Source: Amphiscolops sp. MND2022
Lineage: Eukaryota
Assembly: GCA_964187785.1 (NCBI GenBank)
Contig: OZ076409.1
Span: 58,158,001-58,222,000 of the forward strand
Direction of reading: 5' to 3'
DNA: 64,000 nucleotides
Shown: positions 37,896 to 51,600 of the stretch, in pieces
How positions within the stretch are numbered: the first letter of the stretch is position 1
Layout: the number at the start of each line of letters is the position of its first letter
Translations under genes and position numbers: made by a program
The notes under the pieces: model-generated
Database searches by the model: none
Told to the model about the DNA's origin: nothing
What the model saw: the letters and a program-made list of their open reading frames with translations, nothing else

Positions 37896-39802
37896 TTTTT
37901 AGTCGGCGCTTCATGAGTGAAACGCGACTATTATAGTGGCTTTTTTCAATCCACACGAACTGACCAAAATAATTCTTAAAAGTTCTACAAAATATTATTG
38001 CACCAAATTGCACTATTTGGTCTAGCGAACTGAACCAAAAAAGTTTTTCCTGTTTTCCCGCGTAACATACCATACCGGGCGAGACCAAAAGGTCCCCCTT
38101 TCAATTTTTTTCGGCACTGCGAGACTTTTTTTTCGGAAAAAAATTTTTCCCCGAAGGGTTCCCCCTTCATTTTTTTGCTGTTTTGCGACAGAATGGATGT
38201 TGGAAAATCCCAAAGGGTCCCCCCTTTCAGTTTTTTTCGGCACTGTGAGATTTTTTTTTGAAAATGTTTTTCTCTCCAAAGGGTCTCCCTTCAATTTCTT
38301 TGATATTTTACAACAGATTGGGTGTTTAAAAATCCCAAAGGGTCCCCCCTTTCAGTTTTTCGGCATTGTGAGACTTTTTTCGAAAATTTGTATTTTCTCC
38401 AAAGGGTCCAAATGTTGACAATTTCGGAAGTGTCTCCCTTTTAGCGCGCCAGGCGCGCCACTCGGTCCATTTTTTCGGTTTCTTGAGTACTGTAAATTGA
38501 CACCTGGAAGTACTTTTGCTATTTTTGAGCCTTGGATATGGCGCCGACTTGGCAATAATCGCCGTTTTTTAGTCGGCGCTTTATCCTTTTAAGGAAAAAT
38601 GCCCGACTATAGCAGTGACCTTTTTTTTTCTTCAGCCTCACACTGATCGGTCCACTTTTTAGAAACACTCCTGAAACCACCCAAGGCGCCCAGTCCGGCA
38701 AATAAGGCCAAGGCAAATTCAGTGCAAACCTTTTTCAAGGTAACCTACAAAATCGGACGGGACTACAGAGTCCCCCCTTTCGATTTTTTCGATTTTTTTT
38801 CGGCACTGTGCGACTTTTTTTCGAAAATTTTTTTGGCTCCAAAGGGTCCCCCCTTTCATTTTGTACTTTTTTAACGTAATCTACAAAACCGTCCGAGGCT
38901 AAAGGGTCCCCCCTTTTGATTTTTTTCTGCACTGTGCGACATTTTCCTTAAAAAAATTTTTTTCGAAAATTTCAAGTTTTTTTCGAAAAAAATGTTTTGC
39001 GCTTTTTGAGCCTTAGATATAGCGCCGACTTTAGACGTTCTCGTCTTGTTAGCAATAATCGAGCAATTTTTGTTGGCAATAAGCGACCATTTGTGTACCT
39101 AAGTAATTAATTGTTGGTGGAGATCTTTAAGTAATAAATGCACAAGGTCATTCACTGCATATGTAACATCTTCTGTTTTTAGTTGGCGCTTCATGAAGTG
39201 AAACGCGACTATTATAGTGACTTTTAAAAAATTTTTTCAATCCACACGAACTGACCAAAGTGGTTCTTAAAAGTTCTACAAAATTTTATGGTCCCAAATT
39301 GAATCATTTGGCCTAGCGAACTGAACCAAAAAGGTTTTTCCTCTTTTTCCGCGTAACATACCATACCGGAGAGACTAAATGGTCCCCCTTTCAGTTTTGT
39401 TCGGCATTGAGAGTTTTTTTTCGAAAAAATTTCCCCAAAGGGTCCCCCTTCAATTTTTTGAATGTTTTGCATCAGAATGGATATTGAAAAATCCCAAAGG
39501 GTCCCCCTTTCAGTTTTTTTGGCATTTTGAGACTTTCTGATTTTTTTTCACCAAAGGGTCCCCCTTCAGTTTTTTTAATGTTTTGCAACAATGGATGTTA
39601 AAATATGCGAAAGGATCACCCTTTTAGCGCGCCAGGGGCCCGCGCTAGCGGGCACCTGGCCCCCCCAGTTCCGTCGTTTTGGTTTCTCGTGAGTTTGATA
39701 CTCTTTTTGTGAGTTTGATACTCGAGTTTTTGACACTTCCATGTCCTTCTGCTATTTTTGAGCCTTGGATAGGGCGCCGACTTAAGCCGTTCCTGGCTTG
39801 TT
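37896..39802 (+). mobile_element. Cluster of three head-to-tail HINE-like elements (37896-38552, 38565-39050, 39176-39802)
   Basis: Three heads and three tails; internal repeats of aaagggtccccctt...ttcggcactgtgagac. Confidence 0.75.
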
Positions 39803-40503
39803 CAAGAAACGAAGCGTATACCCATTTTGACAAAAATGCATTCCTTACAAGGATCCTCTCAAGATCCTTGCAAAAAACGGTTTTCTTGGAAGATCTTTTA
39901 AGGAAATTGTTTCCTTGAGAGAACTTTAAATTTTTCAAGGAGTGTAACGACCTCGAGCGAGAATTTTTCTGATTGTCTCAGATCAGCATTTTTCTGTAGA
40001 GTTTAATCTGGTTTCCGTTTTTTGCAAAATTCGCAATTCATACTTTTGAGAAATTTACATTGGATTGAAAGACTTTTGTTAACAAGTTTTTATAAAGTGC
40101 TATTTTATTCCGAAAATAGAAAGGATGTACACAAGAGTACCAAACAACTATAGGCACTCGATTTGGCCAACAAAAATTTCCGTAGCGCAATATCTTCCAT
40201 CATATTTGTTTTACAAAAATCTGAATAACTCAAATTTTGATCAGGATTACTACAGTGGTATTTTTTTTCGAAATCGAATTAATTTTTAAAAGGATATAAC
40301 ATTTTATTCCGATGAATTATGGAATAGTTCGCAATGTCTCAAAAACTACTGGTCATCGGAAAAACCTGTCCCGATTTTTGTAGCTTTGACACTGTTCTTT
40401 AACTTTCACTTTTTGCACATGACGAAGTCAATGTGCATTGCAGTCCAGCTAAGTAAGTTTTTTTCCACTATAGTCAACTTCATAATGAGCGCCTTTTAGA
40501 AAA

Positions 40504-40574
40504 ACCCCAGAGGGATTCGAACCGGCAGCCTCCCGATTGCACGGCATAAGTGTTGACCACTGTGCCATAGGGAC
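40504..40574 (-). pseudogene. tRNA-derived sequence (pseudo-tRNA or SINE head)
   Basis: Minus strand: A box tggcacagtgg, B box ggttcgaatcc, ~71 nt, followed by a T run. Anticodon and T stems pair poorly. Confidence 0.55.
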
Positions 40575-42689
40575 GTTATGGAACAAAGTTGAACTGTTGA
40601 ATATATACGCATGCGATTAAAATAATATATATACGCATATTAAAATAATCCATGTCTTCGTCATGTGCTGCGAAGCACCGCTTCGCCTCTGTGTTAACAC
40701 TTTTTCTGAAAATGCTTTCTTTAAAAATGAACAGCCAATAATTCCGTAATTCCGTCAAAACAATATTTTTAAGTAGTAAAAACTGAATTCTCATTTTGTG
40801 TTTTTTTTCAGGGGTAAATTCTTAAGGAGGGCATTTCAAGAAAAAGTATTAAAGTAAAAAGCTACAGATCTGAATCAGAGGTAGAAAGTTTTTCGCATGC
40901 ATTTTTTGTTATGTACAATGGTTTTCGAGATATTGCATAATAAGTTTTTGGAAATGCCAAAAATTAAAAATTAGTCGTGTTACAACTTTTTGTTTCCAAG
41001 AAAAAAATGCCCCTATAATTCTGATCAAAATTTGAGAATCGAATTTTCCCCCTGGAACTTTCGTGTCAATCGGATGTGTAAAAATTTATTGCGATTAAAA
41101 ATTTTTCGAAATGTCTTTAGGTTTTTGGTCCCTAGTGAACTTTCTTGGAACTTGTTTACAATTTCAGAGATATCGTTTAGCCTCTGAGTGACCGACCGAC
41201 TTTCTAAAATTGGAAAAATTAAGATTTTGTCAAATCCTGTCTGTAATTGAAAGTTTTGCTTTATCTTTGTCTAAAATAAAAGTGCATGCATAAAATTCCC
41301 ATTGATAAATATGCTTATTATACACTTGTGCAAACATTGAGCCCCAAAAGGGCCTATACTTTTTGAAAATCAAAAACAGCTACTAGTTTTTTCTCCAGTC
41401 TCACTGTTACGTCCTTTTTCTGTTTAGATTTTTTATTTGGTGCATTAGGCATTTTGTTAAAATATGGAAATGAATCACCATTAAAAACATCTTTTATTCA
41501 TTTTTGTTCAACTCTGACTTGTTTTCTAGCGTTTCCAGCCTAAATTTTTAATTCCTCTAATGTTTATGAAACTTCTGTCTTCGCTCTTTCAGAACGTCGT
41601 TTTTCTTTTCAAATCCGCTTTTTGTCCGTTTTTGTTGGCAAACTTTTGTGACCTAACGTAATGAGATTTAATATTTGGAATTGTTAGTTCAAATAGATTG
41701 CCATCTGTTGCATTCATGCCTGGCTTAACGTTGGATTAAATTTTGCCATAGTTGTCACGTTCAATTATCGGCTTGGAACAAAAACCTTGCCAAGAAAGTA
41801 CCTTTAATTGCAAATTGGATACCTTTATATTCATAGTTACCTGCAAAAGTTTACATGTACTTTCCAAAAATTTTGGTTGGAGAGCAGTAAAAAGTTGTCT
41901 AATTGAATCGGACAATGTTTTAATATGCGTTTCGACTTATTTTAACATTTCCACGACTGAGCGCCTTCTATATGATTCCTTTTATCTAAATCAAGTTTGC
42001 TTACCAGTTGTCACGGCCTCAAAGTTCCTTTGGACTGAAGCGTATGTTTGCAAACTTTTGATATAGGTCGCAGGAGGTAATCTCGGGACAAATATTAAAC
42101 AATAATAGAAACATTTCTTTTCTACTTCCAGATATATAGAAAATTGGAATTAACTATGGCTATCTACGCCTTTCTAGCTACCGGGATAGTTTTTGAAAGA
42201 AAGTTTAGCCATGTTAACAGCCATGGCATTTCGAACGTTGTCGATTCGGTAGACCCAATTTTCTAATTCCTTGGTGAGCTGTTTTTAAGACAATGGCTCA
42301 TAAAAAACATTTTATTTTCTGTTGAGATTTTTGTAGAGGTTGAGCCGCTCAGATATTCCTACAGGAAATGTTTTACCCTGGTAATATTCGTGCGTTGATA
42401 AGTGCGCTAAAGTTTGAACCGTTTTTGAGCCACTTGAGATGTTTAGTTTTGGAAATCCAAATGGCCTTGAAAAATTTCGCTCATTCTATCTGTCAAAAAT
42501 ATTCGAATCCTCAAAGGATCAAGCGCTTAGTTGATCATTAATTTCCACGGTGGTAAAAAAATTACTGGTGGTTTGAAAAAATTGGGCAAAGACTTTTTCA
42601 GTTTCAAAAAATAAATTCGTTAACTAAACTAACGTATCCAATCAAGGTGTTATCTTAATTTGCGATAAACAATCATCTCAATCATCAGT

Positions 42690-45600
42690 CTACGCGTCGG
42701 ACGTGTTAGACAAAACTTGGTCTGAAGAGCTTTTTGCGGGTGGAAATCTCAAACACAACGGCAGTGATGTTTTCTTCTGATCGCGCAAAGGTTTCATTTG
42801 TTGCTCTCCATCGACGTCGTCTGCTACCTCATGAACACCCGCTAAAAAGGTTCTAGAATTTGGATTCTGACTTAGAATCAGCGATTTTGGTCTCCTTGAT
42901 GCGGTCGCTTTGTTCACATTTGACGATGGACGCCTTTGGAGTATCTCGGAAATCATATTTGCGTCATCTATGCGTCGGGGTGTGACAGGTTTTAGAGGAG
43001 GTACCACGTCTGATGTAGGTGAGGTGGTAGTGCAGGTATTGGAGGGTGTTTGGTCACTGACGACTGGATCTGGGTTTGCTTGTGACAAATTGGAAGTTGA
43101 AGCCACCGGACTTGAGTTATGTGACGCTGTTTCGTGATATTTCAGAAGCATGTCCAGCTTGTAGTTAACTTCCACCATTTCATGTTGGATGCCTCGTCCG
43201 ATCTGACTAAATTTTCTATCGGAAACTGAAATAAAAGTTTGGAATTAGTCACTTCTATCTAGAATTATGTGAATTTGATCATGCATCAATGGTTTCGTGT
43301 TATAAATAATTGTTCTCGTGGTTTCGCTGGAGCATTTCTCGTATTTTTCTAATGAAATTGGCTGGTTATTGTTCTCAGAAAAATCTGATATATATAGTTT
43401 TGTCGGTATAGAAATGGAAAAAAGCCTTCCAGAAATTGATTTAAAATGTCGCTTCAGGACTTTTTGTTACGAACATCTCTTTTGTGCATTAAAATTCAAA
43501 GTGCAATTCTATGACCTCTATTATAGCAAATTTCCATCGTCTTAGCAACTGCTGTGAGCCATGCTACCATACAGGAGAGTTTCCTCACCACAAATTTCCC
43601 TTTCACTCCACTGCTGGTGGGAGGGAAGTTGAAAAGCACCTGTTACAGTTTATCCTTCCCTGCAAAACTCGTTCACGGAAAGGAATTACGATTCCGCCAA
43701 CAGGAAACGAGGTCCGGTTTTTTCACTTAGATTGGCTACTGTGAAAATGAGTACATGTCTGTAAAATTCCACTTTGAAGTCACCAAGTTGAAGTTTCTGA
43801 AAATTTCCAGATGCAAAGGCTCGAGTAAAAACAATTCACTGTCTAGTATTTTGAACACTAAATTAATTATAGCTGTCTTGGCGTAATGGCCTGGTGTTGT
43901 TTTCTGTGTCGGGTTTCATGTGTTGAATTTTCTTGTTTTCTTGTGATCCCTTTAATTTTCGAAAATTTTCTCATTAAAATAGACCAATGTGTCTCTTGAA
44001 TTTTTTCTCCAGACCACAGAGCTCAAACTAAATGGTCCACTTTTTTAACGACTTTTGCGGCAAAATTTCGATACTTGCCTTAGTGGTTAGGATGGTTGCT
44101 ACGCAAGCAGAAAGTCGTGGGTTTGAATTTCTAGCGTGCTATTTTAAAATTGTTTTTTATTTAGAAGGGACGAAAAGGTCCCCTTTTGGGTTTTTTCGCT
44201 CAGCAAATTTGAAAGACTTTGCGCTTTTTGTCGGACTACTTAATATCGACTTTCATTGTTTTTGAACCAAGCTGTTTTTAGTCATGCCTAAATTGCGTGA
44301 CTCATAGTGGCCTTAATTTAAGTTGAACTATTCAGTGACACCAAACCTGACCTGCTAGTCAGTGTAATAAACATACTAACCTCCTCTTTTGAATTCTGTG
44401 TTAGCCGCCCGTCCAATTTTGCGTAGCCGGTCTCTGGCTACTTGTTCTATGGTGGCTCGCATGTCTTCGAACTCTCCCAAAACCCCGTGGAAGTCACTGT
44501 ACTCCAGACTATACAAATTACAGAACGTATCTGCCTTCACACTTGCTGTGCGCTTCAGTTTGGCCAGCAGACAAATTTCTGAAACAGACCCGCATATTCA
44601 CTTTGAGACTGACAAGTACGTGTAGAATGAGAGTCGACTTTGATTTTGACCTGAATCAGGCCGAATTTAAAATCCAATTTAATCTCAAAGTTTCATGTTT
44701 CCGGTGTTTATCAATTGTTACCTGACTTGCTAAATCGTTGCATTTGTCACTCAAGTTTTGACCCTTTTCACATAATTAGGTTCAGTGTTTGAAATTTCCA
44801 TGTTTCGGTGGATTTTGATTTTTCCTACTTGGAAAGGTTTTGTTTTCACCACTTTTGTTGTCTTTATTATCTACTTTTATGAGAAAACGCACTTTTTAAC
44901 CATAAATGTCATAAAGGTTTGTCTTTGTGCTTCAAAACGGAAAGGTTCAATATTTTTTGGAGAAAATATAGCAGCGAAATGGCATGATTTTGAGTGGGTC
45001 TGGTTCGTTGTCTTACCTCCAAAATAGGCACCGTCAGTCAGTTGTGCGACTACTGTGTTATCTTTCGTGATAACATCCAGGGTTCCTGTTTGTATGAAAT
45101 ACATCTTCGTGCCTATACTTCCCTCTGTGATGACGTAATCACCTGAAAATGACGTCATAAATGCTAAATTACCTAAAGGCCAATGTAATACCTTTCAAAG
45201 TCTTTCTACTCACCTGGTTGATAGACCTCGAACTTGAGTTTGCCCACGACTGCCGAAACAAACAGCGGATCAGCTCCTTTGAAGAAAGGCACTACTCGAA
45301 CCAGGTCTCTGCAGTTGTAGTTCAACACCTCCTAAAATAAAAATAGATTTAAATGAAAGTATTCTATTTTTTAAAATTTTTATTAGGCGCATTCGTTTGA
45401 AAATGCAGACTACAGTAGTGATTTGTTAAGAGATGCGAACTGACAGGTTCTATAAATCCATAACTTTCTCTTTTGTTGTCCTCCGCTTCACTTCCCACTT
45501 GGCCTAGAGGTTGGCGCAGGTGCCTGTACATGGTGACAATGGCTTTGAATCAGGATTCCTTGGGTTCGAATCCGGTGTTGTTCTGAATTTTTTAGGTTAG

Positions 45601-48600
45601 GTTAAAGGATCTCATTGGCTTTTTGGCACTATCAGACTTTTTTTGGAAAAAAAATCATTCCACCAAAGATTTCCTATTCTGCGTTTTAGTTTTCACCAAG
45701 GAAGAAGCGTTTTGCGTTCCTAAAGGCCCCTCTCTGGGGTTTTCGGCACAGTGCAACTTTCCGAATCAGTTTTTCACAAGTTTGTTTTCAGTTAGAGAAA
45801 AGCGTTTTTCGAGTTTCGAAAGGAAGCCTCGGCACTGTGATCTTGATGAGGGATTCTCCATAATTGTCCTTGAGCATAATCAAAAGACTTCTTTTTGAGC
45901 CTCAACCGGGCGCCGACTTGGGCAGATCCCGGCTTATGTAAATTTCTAATTGGTTCTAAATTTTTCATGGAGATTATTTTAAAGTAGTTACGGTATCATC
46001 TTAGATGTGCTTCTGGAATCGAAAATAACTGAATGCCGCTTGAAAACGCACGGGATGAGGTTTTGCCGTTAAAGTTGAGTTAACTTTTTCGTTGGTGACA
46101 ATGCTTGCTCAACAAGAATCCCAAAAATTTCTTTTCATCTGTGTGAACTTCTAACATGTGCTTAGCTCATGTAAATGCCAATCCCGCTGTCTTACCACTG
46201 TTTCAACATTTCAATCAAATCCATTCAACCGCAAGTTGGTTTTACACGAGCAGTAGACCGAATGTTGCATTAAAAATGCAGCTATGACTGGTTGAAGGAA
46301 AACAGACTCCGAAAACTTGTTCTGGAGAGAAGAGCCGATTAGATGGCTCTGAGTTCGGAATGACAGCCGATGGATTTGCGGAGATCCCTGCCAGGTGGAT
46401 GCAAGTGACGCTCCCAAGATTGTAAATGGTTGCTTCTCTGACAGCTGACATGAATTCAGAGGAACTAATTAAAATTAGGCTCCACTTAAGCTCCGTTTAA
46501 ATCTCCGTTGTCTCCTAATCTTCAATGGAACCTCGGTAGTCCCGAAGATTACAATTGATGTATTTTCTTTTTGCTATCTTGACTATACAATTTGTGCTTA
46601 AGTAATTAGTGGAAAATGCACAAGACGTCAGGACCTGCGTTCTTATTAAGAGATGTAGTTCCATAATTCCTTTATTTTAACGACGTATATTTTTGTACTG
46701 ATTGTTAATTCACATTTTCTTCTCCTATTGACAGCTTCTAATTGACAGTTTTTCAGGGTTACTTTCTAGCTATTGTCACCTTTGTCAATTTTCCGAAGCA
46801 GTTGGTCTGAGTGTATGCTTGCATTGCAAATGTCAATTTCAGTTAATAAAGAAGTTTATACATACTCAACTGTCTTTCGGAAGTTTATTATAATAGCATT
46901 GTTTAAGTTTTCAATGTCTTTCAGTTGCCAGGCGATTTTGAATGATTTTTAAATAAAAAGGAACTGAAATGTTCAAACTGTTGCTTGAAGCTATATATAG
47001 ACGGTGTCGCCCGCAGGAAAAACGCCCTAAACAAATTGAAGTCAATTAAAAAATTACGATAACGCAGTCAGCTATATTTACATTCTTCTAGTGCCCTAAA
47101 TGCAGGAGCGAAGCGAAGCGGAGCGACGTGCTACAACTAGTCCAGCAGCTTGTTTTCACGAAGGAGCCATACAACCAATATAAAAATTATTGCTGAAATG
47201 AAACTAAATTCTATCAATAGTTGTCATGGGCTTTTTTCTCTGGGGCGTTTTTTCCTTGAGTGATTTTAGTCGGCGCTTTTCTAGTAAAAGAGCCCGACAA
47301 TTACAGTGGCTAGTTTTTAGTCGGCGCTTTTCCATTAAGGGAAAAATGCCCGACTATAGCAGTGACTGTTTAGTCGGCGCTTTTCCATTAAGGGAAAAAT
47401 GCCCGACTATAGCAGTGACTGTTTTTAGTCGGCGCTTTTCTAGGGAAAAGTGCCCGACACTTACAGTGGCTAGTTTTGAGCCTTAGATATAGCGCCGACT
47501 TTAGACGTTCCCGTCTTGTTTTCTTTTTTTTTTCGTCAGACTACAATCTCACTCTGATTGTGCCACTTTTCTTACAATCGAAACTACTAAAACTACTACC
47601 ATAAGGCCAAGTCCGGTCAGCGGAAATTAGTGCAAAAGGGTCCCCCTTTCATTTTTTACTATTTTAACGTAACCTACAAAACCGGACGAGACTAATTGGT
47701 CCCCCTTTCGATTTTTTTCGGCATTGTGCGACTTTTTTTCGATAATTTTTAATGTCTCAAAAGAGTCCCCCTTTGAGTTTTTTGTTATTTTGCAACAGAA
47801 TGCATGTTTATAAAACCAAAAAAAATGGTCCCCCTTTTAGATTTTTCGGCACTGTGCGATATTTTCCGTAAGAGAAAAATTTCGAAAATTTCAATTCAAT
47901 TCTCACAAATGTCCTTGACCCATGAAATGAAAAAAGCAACCCTATTCCCATTCACAAGAAGTCATTGTGCAACAAAACCAAATAATATGCTGTTACTACA
48001 AGCAGCCCCCGCGCTACTGTTCATTTCTCGTATACGTAGTTGTGGAGATATTAACCATTAAAAATTTTTGACCAAGTTTTCGAAAATTTGCAAAAATGCA
48101 TAGGACAATTGAAGTTAAATTACCGAAACTATGAATTATTCCATAAAAAGGATCACCACTGGACAGAATATTCAAAATGCTGTGAATTGTAATTATTGGA
48201 ATCTTAAATAGTTCCCAAAAGGGGTCAAATTCCGTTTTCAAGCAAAATGGCTATTTCTGTTTACCGATGAGTTTTTGGGTGGAGCGGAAATATTCCGGTG
48301 TCATGTATAGAAATGTTGATTAATTTATATCGGAAAATAATTCCATGTGAGGTACTTGAGAAAAATTGTTGGCTGAGATTCCTCCTGCACTTCGAGATAA
48401 ATGGGCGGTTCCAGCTCACTGTGTTTATCGGGTGCCTCATTGAAATTCAACTTCGAAAACCGGCGCTGCCAAGATGCGCGATCGTTCGACGCCGCTTTCT
48501 TATTCAAATTTAATTAATTAGAAAAACAACCGGCTTCCAAATTGATTGGCAGTTGCGCATATTTATCTTCGTGAGTGCGAGGAATGATTCCGCTGCTTTC

Positions 48601-51600
48601 CAATCACTAGCCCGCCGGGAAAATAAACGAAATGTAGGGTTTTTAATCCTTGCAATTATCACTCAAGTGGAATGTTGCCCGAATTGTCTTGCGTTTATTC
48701 ATATTTGCAAGTTGGTGAGAGTATCGGCAGGTCTGTGTTGAGGAAAATTTCAATTCCGTTCTAAAGTTACCAAAGTTCATGTTCTTGTCTACCGAAGCAC
48801 TTGTTTTTGGTGCATGTGAAGCACATTCAAATGACATTTCCGGCCAAACTTTTCCCATTTAATCGAATTCCGGGAGCGTTTTGTTATCCTGTAGGTGACA
48901 AAACAAACCAGCTCCCCTAGCGATAATTTCCGGTACACGGCCCGTAATTTTATTTCTTCCATGATTGAGTTAATGTAAATACTTGCGGGAAGTGCTACGC
49001 AATTTCTCCGGAATGATTGGTTCACTGTTTGGTTTCACTGTGCATTGAGAAAGACTTGCCCTGAAGTTTTACTTGGTATTGTGTAGAAAACCGTCGAACT
49101 TATTGCTCAATCAAAACATTGATTTATTTGGTTAATTAGTCGTTCAAGTCAAACATTCCTTGGGAGCTTGTGAATAATGACTGGGATTCGCGAAAATAGC
49201 TTGCTACGAAATCTTAGATTTTCGCAAAAAATGAAATAAAAATGATTGAGAAAATACTGTACTTTTATTCTGCAATGATTTCTCGAAAATTCCTTTGACG
49301 GGTGTACATCTAATTTGTACGCTGTGATATTTAACTGTAGAACTACCAAAGCCAAGTTTTACACGAAAATGTAATTTAGTAACCTCTCGCAGACAGTCGT
49401 TGAGCTCGTCGAGGATGTCTTGCTCGTTGAACATTTTGCCCTTGTACTTGTACTCGTAGTATTGGTGCACCCTCACTTGTAAGTCTGGGGGTAATTTTCT
49501 GTGGGTCATGTACTGTTCTATCTGCTTCATCTGAAAAATACAAATTGAGTTTTCAAGTACCTTAAGTTTTGGTCGCACAATCTGGACATCATGTAAAGCA
49601 TGTGCCTCCGATCAAATTTTCCTATATGCGATACAATGTATACAAAAACGACAGGTGCATTTTGCCATGTAATTGGATAGGAATGCCATTGGTCCCCTGA
49701 GGTAAAAAGAATCACCAGTCTGGTACAATTTTTCGTTTTTGCCCAACAGGTCTTGGGCTCGAGCCCATCGTGTTCCAATTGTATGGTACTAAAACAGTAA
49801 AAATTTATCGGAAATTTGCAGCAAAAGAGATTTTCAAACACTTGAATTTCTGAACTTTTTGCGAATTCTACTTCAAAATAAACTTTTAAAGCCCTTTCAG
49901 TTTTTAGAGAGCGTATTGTTGAAAAGTTGTTGGACCTTTTCACTGTACTGTCTCCTGGAGCTGTTGAGTTGTTGAATGATGTTTGTTGCCTGTCCAATGA
50001 ACAAAGCGTAGCACGTGGCACCAGAGAGCATGCTGACCATGACCAGCCATAGGTCCATCATGTTGGCGGGTGCCCTCTGTCCGTAACCTATACCCAGCAT
50101 GTGGGACATGGCTCTGAACAGAGACCAGCTGTACTGTTGTTGCCAAGGAATGCCCTGGAAAAAACTACTGTTAAAGAGAGGTGTTGTTTCTAAAATTGTC
50201 GAGATATTGATTTGCAATGTTCTAAAATGTCTTCATATCCTTTTGTTGTCGAATTATCGCGTCGACGACGCTGTAATTGACACCGGTTATTGCAGTATTT
50301 GTTGTAGTATTTGATCTATAGATTCACATCTTCACACTAACCGAATATGAAACTTTTCGAAAGCCCTCGCAAACATCGACTTTTCCATAACCCATATTTT
50401 GGAGACTTCGTTTTCGCATGTGTGTTTCTTGATTATATTTTTATTGTCATATCAAATGGCATTCAGCGCGATGAACTGAATTTCGAATCAATTTTTGATT
50501 TTCGTAGCCGCTACTGATCTCAACTGTATCACGACGTGTATCACAACAGATGATGAAAATGTGTTTCTTTATGTTTGAAAAGTACCTAGTTTCGATTCAT
50601 TTAAGTCTATAGAGCTCCGTTTTTCCAATCCAGCTCTTGGCGAAGAACAAAATGAAGTTCTTCATTCACAAGTCTATTCGGAGGAACCTGAAAATTCACC
50701 TATCTGATGAATAGTTTATGCATAATTCAAGGATACACTACGTTTGCAGAGCATGTTTTTCCTGTTGGAACTGAAAGGCGTACAGCGTCAAAATATTGCT
50801 GTTTATATAGCATTTCGAAAACAATCGGACTGTGTCTATTAATATTTTAGAACGATTTTGAGTTTCACAGTTCATAGGATATTTCTTCAAAACAGGTGGA
50901 GTATTCGATTGTTCCGCTAAAACAAATGGCGCTATGTCGTGAAATACGTTACCCAACTTTCCAGTTACCTTCTAGTCTGTGAATTTGTTCACAGCAAATT
51001 GATATTTAATTGAGATTGTTGAAGTTACTGATTTTTGTGAACCAGTTGAGATAAAAGGTTTGTGAAACCCGCCCAAGTACCGTGTCGCTAATTTGTCATA
51101 ATTTGTATTTTCCGCGTTGCGCCGATTTAAGTCTTAAAAGTGGGAAGGTTTTGCAGTTCATGTGACGCATAATTTACAGTGAACGAATTTTGTTCTTGGC
51201 TATTACTCGTCTTCTTAAAGCTTTAGCTACTTTCAAAGAAGTGAATTCCAAAAATCATTATTTTTCTTCATGGTATTATCTTTTGATAAGTTTAGATATC
51301 GCGAAAAACCGTTGTTGCAGAAATATTACAGCCTCGAAGAGGCATATTTTTATTCGGAGCTTTTTGTAACGAAAAGTGCCTGACTCTTACAGTTTCAAGT
51401 TTTTTTCTGTCAGACCACAGACCTCACACTGAGCGGTCCACTTTTTACAGACTTTACGCCTAAGTTCTAAAGGCTACCCAAAGAGGCCAAATGGTACCCC
51501 CTTTGAGTATTTTATAGGTTTACCTCATCCTGGAAACTATGTGGGACCGAAAGACAGTCTTTTCGGCAGTGCCTTTTCTCAAAAAAAATAATTGAAGAAA

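Noticed and set aside
37867..39938. Many short similar ORFs (KGGPF/KGSP/GMVCYA), also near 8100, 13660, 22210 and 27650
   Set aside because: Translations of non-coding HINE internal repeats; frames are not conserved between copies.
40504..40574. Functional tRNA gene
   Set aside because: A and B boxes are present, but the anticodon and T stems do not pair; treated as pseudo-tRNA or SINE head.
47264..47475. Regularly spaced palindromic ~50-bp repeats resembling a CRISPR array
   Set aside because: No unique spacers, no cas genes, eukaryotic intron context; the units are HINE-like heads.
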